NCBI GenBank assembly: GCA_022813965.1
Contig: JALDZS010000064.1
Coordinates: 1 to 64,000, forward strand
Direction: 5' to 3'
From: Toensbergia leucococca
Taxonomy: Eukaryota
Length of the DNA: 64,000 bases
A model generated the notes under the pieces. It saw only the letters and a list, made by a program, of their open reading frames with translations. It was not told the DNA's origin and did no database searches. Position numbers and translations under genes: made by a program. This document shows positions 38,775 to 50,446 of the stretch, piece by piece. Numbering within the stretch: the first letter of the stretch is position 1; each line of letters begins with the position of its first letter.

Positions 38775-38990
38775 TGATGTTTCTTTTTATTTATCAGTAC
38801 CTTCGATTCCATCTCAGGGGGTTGTTTCACACTAACCGATGATAGGATGCAGGTCCTTAGTAAAAGTATGATCTTCTCATGAGACTCGGATATCAGACAA
38901 AGGCCGTTCCATTTCAAATCCGAGGAATTTGACGGTATGTTTGCTGTCTTTCTTCATCATCGCCTAGTCCCTCAATACAGATTGTATATC

Positions 38991-39061
38991 ATGATGACAG
39001 CAAATAAGGTCTTCTGATGTGTTTTTTCAAGCTCGATGAAGATGTTCGTTCACCTTTCTGA
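38991..39061 (+). ncRNA. Intronic box C/D snoRNA candidate G, paralog of F with changed guides
   Basis: C ATGATGA 38991, D' CTGA 39014, C' CGATGA 39034, D CTGA 39058; TAAGGTCT and GTTCGTT complement adjacent parts of 18S AACGAACGAGACCUUA. Confidence 0.75.
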
Positions 39062-40089
39062 TTATCTTCAATTTTATTAGTCCCTTTAAATTCATCCGGG
39101 GAGGTTGTTCCACACTGACCGATAATAGAATGCAGGTCCCACAGAAAAGTGTAACCTTCTCATGAGACTCAGGTATCAGATGAGACCGTTCAGTCAAGGC
39201 AACGGTCATGCTACCAGGAAGTGACTCCTCAAAGAAGACTGAAAAAGGACAGAGGTGACGTAAGGTGGTCACCATAGATGGTAGAACGAAATTGCAGGAT
39301 TGCGCCCGGGTGAACTGTGACAATGGATATATTCCACCATCACCTTGTTTGCTCATAAGGTCCTATCATTTAAAGAAAACTGAGATGAAAATCTGACAAG
39401 GATTTGACAAAAAAAAGTAGGAGGTGAGCGTGACTGAGAGTCTGAAGAAGCACTGAAATGCACGTCTTGAAGAAAGGTAAGAGAAATGTTAGCCGATGTT
39501 GCAATGTTGATGGCTGAAGACTGTGTCGAACAGCATATTGAGCTGGTGATGACCAAGGTCATGTTAGACAGGGAGGTGTGCGTGCGATGAAGATGTGTGA
39601 GCAAAGGTGATGAATTGTTGTGGAGGTGGAGGTGGCCAGGCGAGGTTGTTGTTGATGTGAATTGCCGGATTTAACAACAAGCTTCTCCCTTATCGCCGAC
39701 GTGTGTCACCGGAGAGCCACTTTCTATTCTGGGCTGAGCTGGCGAACGTATAAATTATGATCAACGCACAAGAACCCTGGAGCATCCAAACCTCTCTCAA
39801 CATGCTCAACATACCGCTCAAAGCTAAAGGGATAGTCAATCATCAGGAAAGTGGTAGGAAGATCTTCGAAAAAAGGGGCAGAGAGCGGCAGAGAGCCCAG
39901 CTCAGCCACTATTCTAGGTATGTGAAAACAAATGCCTCGAGAAAAAATACTAACATGCTTTCTGAAACTTTTCAGTTCCTCCAAGCATGAGCATCTAGAA
40001 CGGATACAAGCCCTGCGGCATCACGTTTTAATTTCAATTTCAATTTCAATTGCCTATTCCATCGTAGCAACAACGCAGAAAACCCCCTT

Positions 40090-41339
40090 TCAAAGCGTCT
40101 CCGTCTCTTCGATCATCCTCTCTATCAATCTCCTGAATTCCTGCCTCTCCTCCAACGGCAAATAATGCCCCCTCCCCTCAAAGATGATCTTCCTCACCCC
40201 TGCCCCCTCTCCCCCAAGATCCCTGACCAACACCTCAGCATGAGGTATTGTGATTAAAACATCCTTCGTTCCATGCATCACCTGAATCCGGTCTCTGCCT
40301 ACCTTCTCCGCTAGCTCCCGAAGCTGCTCGGCACTCTTCTTGTGCCATGCTGCAGCGAGAGCCTGGCATATGAAACCCTTGCGAGTAAAACCCTGTGTGT
40401 CTCGGCGTTTTGTGAGTTCTTGAGCGGCGAAGCGGTCGCCGTTGGTAGGAAACTCGTTGTCAGGGTCGGGTTCTGAGAGCCAAGTTGTGCTAACGCGAGT
40501 TTTGACTTCGGCGAGCTGGTCATCAAGGGATTTAGGGATGCTGAGAAAGTTTCAGTGGATGGATTGAAAGACAGTTGGGGAATATTAGAGATTACAAGAT
40601 GTTGATACGACTTCGTAGATGCTCGATGTAACCCTTGTCTTGGAATTAACTTGTAGAAATTTGAAGAAACGAAGTTGGCCATACATACTATAGTATTTAT
40701 AAGCTGAGCTGCTGTCGATATCAGCGAAAGAGACGCAATCCTTTCCGGTTCGAGGAGAGCCTAGCCAGAAGTCAGTACCGTTCCAGGAAAATAAGATTAC
40801 CCGGGTCTTCTATTCACCAGCTCCTGTGCAATCATACCACCCATACTAATTCCAACGACGTGAGTCTGTCTTTGAGCAGTCCACCCAACATGATCAAGTA
40901 GTTCAATAGTATCCTTGGCCATCTCCGACGTAGAATATAGCATAGTAGGCTTGTCACTTTCACCCATTCCCCTGTTGTCGAAAATCAAGCAGGTATACTT
41001 TGAGCTCTGATCATGCCCAAAATCCTTGGTCTGACGTTGCCAATACCATTTGAAAGCGCCAAGTCCCATAATCCACTATCCTAGCCACTCAGTACTTGAT
41101 CCTATTATACACACTTTCGCGAGATTTATACAGAAAAGGACCTCGATTTCAGGGAGAATAAGACAATGCGAGCTTACCACAATATGAATAGGACCGGTGC
41201 CGTGGATCTCGTAGGCAACGTCGAAAGGACCACCTCGACCCTTTGCTACTGAGACCTTTCCTTTCTTTGTCGGAGGAAGATCCCGTACAACATGATGGTA
41301 TGCAGGGTTCGCCAATATCTCGGCGGCGGTGAGAGGCAT
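40090..41339 (-). CDS. Alpha/beta hydrolase
   Basis: FDNRGMGES, nucleophile elbow GISMGG, HGTKD and GRGHYL; four introns restore a continuous frame. Confidence 0.9.
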
Positions 41340-42147
41340 CTTGTTTTTTTTCTATAAGAAATTTGCAGCAAAGCAGAATGAACAGAAAAACAATGATAAC
41401 TCAAGAAGTGTTTCGAGTACAGTACTAACGTCGAGAGGAACATAGAAGGACACTCGGTATTTGAGGCGGCGGAAAGATGTCAAATGCCAGGCCAGCAATA
41501 CGCTCTTACAGGAAGAAAACGCAAAGACAATCACTATCGATGGCTTGTAGAATTGTACAGATTCGTGCCGTGTAAAGAAAGGTCACGGAGCTCAAGGTGG
41601 CGCCTGATAGGTGACAGCAAGGTGGACTCGGCAATGTGACCCTGTAAAACGCTGGTAAATGGCTTGAATACGAGGCATACTTTCACAAGACCTTCTAAAT
41701 GTCAACAAGCAGTCTCTGACTTCCTCTCTTGAAATTGTTCAGAAGGTTATCACTACCTCAAGTTTCTTTCATTCAATCTATGTAACGCCGTGGCCCAGAA
41801 CAAGCTTCACCGCAAATCAACGTAGCTCAAATCACCCTACTACGCTCCCCTTGCCCTTTACTGTCCTCAAAAAATTCCCAACCCCACTGCCTTATCCAGG
41901 ACCACAGTCCAAGTACCCATATCACACCATCCAAACTTTCAGCGCCCGCTCATCTCCAACCATATTCTCTAAGTAGCGTAATAACCCATGAGTGCAAAAG
42001 ATGATAAAGATTACACATGTAAAGTTTTCATTCGTGTAGACCACTGTTAAATTGTCGCTAGGTTTCCAAGGAAGACTTGAAGCATGACAATCAAAACAGA
42101 ACATCAGACACATGTGCAGCGGCTCACAACGGCACGGGATAGATCTG

Positions 42148-42942
42148 CTACTCGCCAGCCTCAACCTGCAACAGCTCCCAAGTTCGCCTATTTAAGCGCC
42201 TGAATATCACTTGAAAGTAGATCCCATGATGTGGGTCATCGTACTCAGCTGCATCTTCATCCCTGTCATTGTCGTAGAAAGGCGGATCACCGCACAAGAT
42301 ATGAAGATAAGCGTGCTAACATAGAATGAGTAAGTTGTCATTCAAATTGGAATCAGGTCCGACAAAGCGGGCACTCACAATCATTTCATGCAACAACGTC
42401 CCCCACATCTTTTTCCAAGGGCTCTTGTCCATTGTCTTGAAAATAAGATCAGCGTTCATCGTGATATCCGCCACTCCTTTCCTGCCAACTTTGGTGCTGG
42501 CATAAGGCAGGTCTTGTATACGACCGTATTGTGGGTCTCTTGCGAGAAGTTCCCAGGCGGTCATCCACCTCAAGCCTACATTCCTCTTCAGACGTCTATT
42601 GAAAAATGCTCTGTCCAAGTCGTTGAACGCTTTGATGATTATGTCAGGAGCCCAATCTAGAAGCTTCATATTCTCTTTCAGACGCTGAACTGCAGCAGTC
42701 GCTGATTCGGACATAGGGCGCTCAGGATTAAGAAAATGTGTTATTTCCCGGACTGCACTCCGTTGAGAGATGAAGCGAACGTGCCTCCGGCCATGCTCGC
42801 CATGGCGGCGGAATCCGTCGAGATCTTCTTGGGAACAAGGGTAGGGAGTACCTGTGTTCTTGCTGATTGGGACTTCGTCTTGTACAAAACGCCAACAACG
42901 GTTGCGGAAGTAGGTGCTATGGGGATCATGAGGATCATCCAT
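42148..42942 (-). CDS. SprT-like (HExxH) metalloprotease-domain protein
   Basis: AFNDLDRAFFNRRLK, WGTLLHEMI|HAYL (HEMIH after splicing) and downstream HHGIYFQ; the start codon is uncertain. Confidence 0.65.
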
Positions 42943-43330
42943 AATCCAGTCCAAGGAGGCTTCAGTCAGATTAGAGTTTCCTCAAAGATGTGTGGACCTT
43001 ATATTTCTGCAAGTTTTAGCTGGAAAAACCCTAGCAGATAAGTACGTTTTGACGGAATGTAACCGAGATAATGGAGAGGAACGATCTGGAGGAACATAAA
43101 ACTTGAAGGATGAGTCATTTCGGAATTCATCAACACTGGCGGTGAGTCGTCTTTCAAGAGTGCTGATTATGAAAGCCCGTAAGAGCAAGCACCGACGAGG
43201 AGAACAACACTTTGGCCATGTAACAATACCGATTTGGTGTTGTACAAGTCGAGATTATTCGGAGGTGGCCCATACAACGCAACGTGATCCCATAAACAAA
43301 TTTTATCGTACTCGAAGCCTACATTGAGTC

Positions 43331-44473
43331 CTACCGACTTCCTGTCACAGCGCCAGCGGGGAAATTCCTCGCACTCAAAAGCACGCCCTTTACTCCCCGA
43401 ATCTCTGCCTTAACCCTCGTAATCTCATCTTCTTTCCCTGGAAGACCACCATAACCGTTCATCTCTCTTGAGCTAGGGAAAGATAAGCCTTCAATGAATG
43501 TCCCGAAGCCACTTAAACGGTCCTCGAGAACGTCATCGGATTCGAGGGTTTCGGTAGAAACGAGAAGAGATGAGAGGTGAGAGTGAAGGGTTTGAAGGTA
43601 GGTATGCTGGGTGTTGATGGAATTCAAAGGAAGGGAGGATATCGAGTCAGATAAAGCCGAAGATGGTGGGGTAGACGTTTGGGTTGCGATGTCGCGATGG
43701 AAAAATTCCGTGGGGTCTGAGATCGTGGATGAATTATCAGAGTCATCGAGGGATTTTCGTTGACGTGTTGTATGTCCGGGGATTGTGGAGACAGCCTGCT
43801 CGAGTTTTTCGTTGAGAGTATCAAGATTGGCTGTGGTTGAGGAGAAGAGGGAATGACGGGCTAAGGTGAGTGATTCTAGCATTGGGGCGACAATGTATTT
43901 GTCAGTGGCGTATATAGTAGCCGCGGTACCCGAGGCAATATATAATGCTGTAAGCAGACGAGATAGGGTGATGAGAGGAGGTGGCTTTTGCGAGTGGATT
44001 AGGAATTCGGGGTATGTTATTATTGGAGGTTGATCCCGCGAGGGGGAGGGAGGTGGCGGAGATCGCTTCGGCGTTATTGAGGAATTGTACTACAGTGAGT
44101 TAGCGAGAGAGTTATGCCTAGGTGGAGAATTGGAGCGAACCGGTTGTTGCTTTTCCCGCTGTTCGATCACGAGCTCTTCTGGCTTGTCCTCCTTTCTCGG
44201 ATTTGCGAGCAGTCGGTCAATTTCCTCAGGATTCAGCCCTTTTGCCTGCAGGAATGAGATTTTGCGTTCTTCGGGTGCATTTTGGATCTCGTCATTCTCG
44301 AGGAATTTTGAAGCTTGATCTACCAGAGCAGCTCGAGAGGGTGGTGGCTCCTCTGACGTTGGCTCGTTGGAGATATCGACAGTTGTCTCTGGAATCTTTT
44401 GTGATGAGTCCGAAGGCTCCTGGCGCTGCCAACTCGGTATGGCCTTCGCATTAGGCTTTTGCGAGTCACTCAT
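43331..44473 (-). CDS. PEX33: Peroxin Pex14/17 (Pex33)
   Basis: Pex14_N motif ASKFLENDEIQNAPEERKISFLQAKGL, PPIITYPEFL, TM segment, C-terminal EIRGVKGVLLSARNFP; one intron ending at 44090. Confidence 0.85.
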
Positions 44474-45244
44474 ATTTTTGAATAGTTGGACATGAGTGAG
44501 GTGAAAGTAAAGGTGGAGAACTTGATAATTGGACCTCGGCAAGTCATGTAATATAAAATGCACTAGAATAGGGAGTGTTACATGTGTGTAATGTATAAAT
44601 CACACGAGGGTGATGGTGGTGATGGTCATTAAGATCACAGGGGGCAACAAAGGCAAATATTACAGGATGATGTGATTACTTTACTTGTGTCACCTGGAGG
44701 AAACACAGGCATGAACATGCTTAGGCGCAGCCTTATCTGTTTCATTTGAGCTACTTGCATCTGCGTCCACGGATTGATTGGGAACCAACAACTCTGGCGG
44801 CATCAGAGTTCCACCATGACGGACCAGCCCACTAAGCGACAGCGTAGCCTCAGCACCGAGTACGACGATGGTGAGCAAAATGACCATTGGATCAGTCACA
44901 GCAGGGATAATTCACCGCTTCCGGACCCAAACAGAACAAAGTCAAACAACATGTACGTCCCTATTTCCATCACTCCTTCCAAAGGCCCATCACACCTTTT
45001 GCTTTTTTTCTCTTGCCTGAATTGTTGGGACGTTGTCCACACGTCCTTTCCAACATCTGAAAGCCATTCGGTAAACTACATGACTGCAACTCTTATCGCT
45101 GGTCGCGACTGAAAGATTGTCTTCAATGCCACCTCTGTAGATTGCTTACACACTTAATCTTATAACGTTTCGCAATTCATATTTGTTTCCTAGTTCTCTT
45201 CTTTTCGAGACCCATTACCATCATCCATTATCTATTCATCCAAC

Positions 45245-46531
45245 ATGCCAGAACGACGGACTCTACGTTCTCGTGCCTCTCTAACTTCCCAGTCTAGCCC
45301 TCCTTCAGCCGCAAGAATGTCGCGTCCCCGCCGCGTTGTCTCCGGCTCTACTAAATCATCTATAACTGTTGCCCGTGCACCGTCTCGATCCCCGGATGAT
45401 GTCAAAAAGTCAATTCGTCTCACTGTCAAAATGCCCTCCAGTAAATTACGCGAAGCCACTTCTGGTGGCCATCAAAACGTGTCCGTCAATTCTAGAGAAG
45501 CCATTGTACCGGGTGAGATTTTGAGCGGACCTAGAGGGAGTAGAGCCAAGAGGAGTGTTGTAATTGAAAGTGCCAGCGACGAGGAGGAAGATGACGATAT
45601 CCTTCCTATTGAAGAAGAAGACGAAGATGCAGAAGAGGAGAGCGATGACCAAGATGATGACGGAGACGTAGAGATGGATTATATTGCTCCACCACCACCT
45701 GTCCTCAAGACTACAGGTTCACTCGCTAAACCTAGTCTAACGCTCACCCCAGCCCATGATGGAAAATTAAAAAGCGTAGAGGCGAAGGAGATGGAATTGG
45801 GAGATGATGACGACGAAGAACTTTCAGAACTTGACTCGGAAGCTGATGGAGAGGCAGGTGGAGCTGAGGAACTAGATGCAGAAGGAGAGGAGCTTCTTGG
45901 AGAGGACGAAGAGATGGATCAGGACGATGAAGATATGGACAGCGATGGTAGATTGCCCGCCGCGGAAAGTAGGGCTAGTACGCCGGACGTGAGCAAGATG
46001 ACCAAGAGACAGCGAAGTCGCTTGAACGAAGTCATCGGCGGTGACTTCCTTCAATTACCCATGGGTGTGTTTCTTTATTTGATCAAAACGTACATTGAGT
46101 CCAGGATGCTAACTTCAAGACGTTTTCAGAGCCACAGACTAAAAAGCACCTTACGGCCGAGGAACATGCCATGCGCCGATCTGAAATGGCCCGTCGGCGG
46201 AAAAATCTAAGCGAAAAGCGCAACGAAGAAGAAAAGGTCAGGATTATGCTTCTTCTAGATCAGTCGTAAGCTAATTGCCTCGTAGATGGATACCATCAAT
46301 CGACTACTGAAGAAGCAAGCACCCAAAAGGCGCGGTAAGATCTCTGCTTCGGAGATAAATGCGGCTGGCGGAGATGTGGAATTCCCAGGGCAAGAATTCG
46401 AAAAGCCGAGAGCAGCATTTGTGAGGTGGGTCAGTGATGCAAGGGGTTGCAGAGTGGGTGTTCCGGAGGAGTGGCTGGGCGGACCAGCGGGGAGAGTATT
46501 TGGTGGTATGGTGGAGGAAGTGGAGGGTTAG
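45245..46531 (+). CDS. IES2: INO80 complex subunit Ies2 (PAPA-1 domain)
   Basis: Acidic region, MTKRQRS, then the spliced PAPA-1 region HLTAEEHAMRRSEMARRRKNLSEKRNEEEK|MDTINRLLKKQAPKRR and RWVS..GCRVGVPEEW. Confidence 0.9.
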
Positions 46532-46705
46532 GGCAAATTTGGAGAGATTTCCATTATTGAGCCCTTTTCTTCTATATATCAACAGCAACGATAGGACACA
46601 TGGAGTATGGCGAATACTAAGGTAAGTCACGTGTGCATGTCATCGACCCCTGAACGACGGCAGGATAACAATGCCGGTTAGTAGTGGAGGCGAGCCTAGG
46701 TATTT

Positions 46706-46745
46706 GGTATGGTATGGTATGGTATGGTATGGTATGGTATGGTAT
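46706..46745. repeat. (GGTAT)8 microsatellite
   Basis: Perfect pentamer array. Confidence 0.95.
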
Positions 46746-46876
46746 TCTAAATAGCCTTAGTTAAAGCACGGTACCAACGGCACTTTTCCAAACCAGTCAG
46801 GTCAGTGCAAAGCATCACGTTGCCATTTTATCATTTGAGACTCGGCAAGGTCCTATGGCGACGATGATATTCAAAC

Positions 46877-48531
46877 ATGGATCGAGTCTCTCTCGTGGCA
46901 GGTCTCGTCGTTGTCGTCGAGGTTGCCATGGCAGTCTGGCTACTAGATTACCTGGCAATGTTCTGCACCGCCTATATTTTTCCACTCTTAGAAATCATCA
47001 TTACTACCACTCAAGCCCGAAATGTCTCCTCAAATTCTACAGCTGTAGATCTGAATTGGTATCCTCCCAATGCTACCCAGATCAACAATTTGAGTGCCGT
47101 CATCAACGGCACTGGTGTCCATGGCTTTATTTTCAATAGCTCGTTTGCGTCTGGGTCTAAGGGATATAATTGGTGCTCGATGCCTCATGTAAATAAAGAT
47201 ACTTATCCCGTGGCTGACGAGAGCTACACTTTGGAGTATGTAGAAGTGGTGAGTCTTACTCTTTCATTCATTGCTAGATCAATTTTTTCAAATCCTTCTT
47301 TAACCTCTGTAGATACTGATATCTTTCAGATCCATCGACATCACAAACGAACTCCCTACGCCTCCAACACTTTCCCCACCGAGTCTGACCCCTGGTACTG
47401 TGACGACGAAGGCCTTTTCTTCTATGGTAAACCCTTGGACCCCACCGGCAACGACTCATCAAGCACTTACTGGTCTGTATACACGAGTTCCTCTAACCCA
47501 TTCCGTCCTCAAGGCTTCAATGGGACCTGCCAATACCCCCAAATTAGCAGAGGAGGCCTAGACGACAGTTGGCAGCACGGAAAAGATCTTTACGCCGTCT
47601 ACCACGATCTCCTAGGCTTTCTCCCGGACAACGCAAATGAGCAAGTCTCCTATCGAGTCACTAACAATGTCATCACTTCACAGGTCGCCGGAATGGTCGT
47701 CAATGCCATGTATAAACCACCAGATGATTTTCCACTCTTGATTCAGCCCGATAGCATTGATTCCCTCGAACCAATTTATACATGCACTACCGCTTCTACG
47801 CTGTACAGTACTTACGGCGTAGGAAGTATAGATCCAAATTGGACAGCTCATCTAACTGCATCGCAATCTCTCTACAATCTCCTCGATACTATATCCGGTG
47901 TATCGCCAACTGACTCTGGATTCCACTTGTCATTGGACCACTATTTCGACAACCTCTCCTCTCGATTATGTCACGCCAAACCCTTACCATGTAAAGTAAG
48001 CCTGACCCATCCCACTCCAATTCCCCGTATATATTACTCAAGAACCACCAGATAGGAAATCCCACAAAGTGTATCACCCAAGCAGCCGCCGACTCGGTCT
48101 TCCGCCTCGGCGAGTATGAATACAGCTACATCTACCGTGACGCCCCCCAAAGCCTCCAAGCAAGCACAGCCTCCTACGGCATCTGGATTGCCGAGCTAGC
48201 CGAGAACGTCCGCAACCGCATCACTAGAACAGATCCAACAATTTACAGACACAACATTGCCCATGACGGCAGCATCGCACGTCTGCTTTCAGTCCTCCAG
48301 GTTGACGTCATGGTCTGGCCCGGCATGGGCGCTGAACTCGTCTTTGAGGTGTACACGAAAGGAGACGGGGAACTATTCGTGAGGATCTTATGGAGCGGGC
48401 AGATCTTGAGGAGCTCGAATCCGAGTCTAGGCCGCTTTGATATGCTTCCTTTGGGGATTTTGCTGGCGTATTTTGACGGGTTGGTGGGCGTGAGAGCGAT
48501 AATGGTCCCGAAATTGTGTGGATCGCCATGA
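46877..48531 (+). CDS. Secreted/membrane histidine acid phosphatase
   Basis: Hydrophobic N-terminus, RHHKRTP (RHxxRxP) motif and C-terminal AHDGS; two introns. Confidence 0.88.
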
Positions 48532-50446
48532 GGTAAAGGTGATGTTTCAGCTGGCTTTAGATTTAGAGTATCATGGAACAGAAAAAATGGCCGAACCGGT
48601 ACTCATCTCAACGACACATGAGATGCCTATCAATGCAACTCGAGCATCATTACCGCAACTGCAAAACCACCGACCTGCATGAAAGCCTCTAACTCCCTAG
48701 TAAAATCAATCCCAACACCACCTCTGGAAGCCCAAGTCGTTGACCTTACCGTCCTACCCAGCTTGATCCTTGCATCCATTTCCAGAATCCAAATCAAAAA
48801 ACGACCAACATTCACTCCTTCCCAGCCCCACAAAAAAAGGACCAACAACAAAAACCAAGACAGAGCACATTCCCAAAGCCTATACAACCAGACCCACTCA
48901 AAACAGACACGTAAAAACCTCAGTACTCACTCTCATGAACCTCAGGCAGACTGATCACAAACTGGTTCCACACACCAGAAACAAAAAACGGGGGGCCATC
49001 AGCTTTTGAACATTCCCAAATGCCAGAATGGAGAGAGCACTGATTACGTTAGGGGCTTTGTGCGCTGTGATTTAATCCAGAAACAGCAAATCAATCACGC
49101 AACCACGCTTTTTGAAACACTGACTCTTAAACCAGCGGGACTTTTGCAGCTTGAAGCCAGACAGTCCACAGTCCACCGTCCGTGCAGCCTAGAGTCCAAA
49201 AAACCCCCTCCTTCCTGAACACAACCCCACGCCTTTCTCATAATCCACTATCCTAATTCCCCCGGTTTCAGCCACAAAAGAAAAAAAAGCGCAGATGCTA
49301 CCAAGAGTCCCAAAGTTGTCCTTTTCCGAAAAATGTGGCCATCTCAGTCACTGCATCTTCACATCAGCAGGCAACAAACCCCCCTTTTTTTGAGTCAGGG
49401 AAGCAAAAAACGCCTCAGAGCGAGGCTGTTTCTTTGGTTCTTGGATCTCGAGCTGAGTATCTGTTTTTTTTACTAGAGGAGCTCTCTTTGGCGGTTTTGT
49501 GATGGCGTGTTTTGGTCTGTTTTGTTAAAGTGGGTTATCTCGGCCTGCTTTTTTGGGGGAGTGGGAGGGCGGGTAGGGGGGGTGGTATGTGATGGCGAAG
49601 TAGTGGGGGGATTAAGGGGATGGGGAAGGGGAAGAGGAGGGAGAAGAGGATTAAGGATTTACCAGCTAGGATCTCATTGCTGTTTTTTGGATAAGATGAG
49701 AGATCTTTTTTGTGAGATAAGTGAGCGGGGTTTGGTTTGTTTGGCAGATACACGCCGGGGGAGGTTAGGTTAGGTTAGGTCAAGATGATTTATTCCTCCC
49801 TATCTCCCACCTGCCCAGGGTTTGTTTCCAGCATGTCCTGGGATTTGCTGTTTCTGTTTTTTTTGTGCCGGGGGGGGGAGGGGAGGGGTGGGTTTGTTTG
49901 GATTTGGGGGGTTGGGAGGATTGGGAGGATATGAGGGATGGGAGGATATGGGGGATGGGATGGCTGGGTTAGGGTGGTTTGTTGGAAGGAGTGGAACGCC
50001 GGTTTTGTTTTGGGGTTAAGTGAAAGAGAAGGGAAGGGGAGAGGGGGGAAGGGAAGGGATGAATAGACCGCGCTGGGGCTGGTTTGGGAGGACTTTTTTC
50101 TTTCTTTTTTTTTAGAGAGGTGGGGACTAAATGGATGGGAGTGTGCACGCAATTGTTTCTTTGATGAGAGAAGAGGATGTAACTTTGGAACGGGTGCGGA
50201 TGAGTGACTGGGAGAATATCAGCGCGGGGATTTTTTGGGGATGAGGGCGCCTGGAGAAGTCGAGGGCTGTTTGTTCCATGTGCTGGTTGAAAGCAATCTG
50301 TGTTGAAGACTCGATTGGCCTTTTGAAAATTTCTGTGAGGAAATTTGCAAAGCTCGGGGTTTGTTAGCTGTTTCTTAAGAAAAGGCTGAGCTATGCATCA
50401 TTCGGCTCATGTTCGGGCAAGCGAGAAACGGAATAGCAAAGCCCTC

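Larger units (their letters stand above)
36265..39210 (+). ncRNA. Multi-intron non-coding snoRNA host transcript built from duplicated exon/intron cassettes
   Basis: GACG|GTA(C/T)GT donors at 36995, 37526, 37896, 38190, 38644 and 38935; branch/acceptor signals such as ACTAAC 38831..TAG 38845 and ACTGAC 39114..TAG 39128; extra small introns at 36265-36319, 36358-36438 and 36775-36841; exon 37795-37895 has stops in all three frames. Confidence 0.75.

Noticed and set aside
36900..39210. CRISPR or TIGR array interpretation of the cassette array
   Set aside because: Eukaryotic context, long degenerate units with spliceosomal signals, and no cas or Nop-domain gene nearby. Intronic C/D RNAs explain it better.
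44085..44145. Apparent stop splitting the Pex14/17 ORF
   Set aside because: The TAG is the acceptor of a short intron (GTTCGC...GCTAAC...TAG), so the gene is intact.
49763..49780. Telomere-like (TTAGG)3
   Set aside because: Only three units, internal, and not the TTAGGG repeat expected for these fungi.
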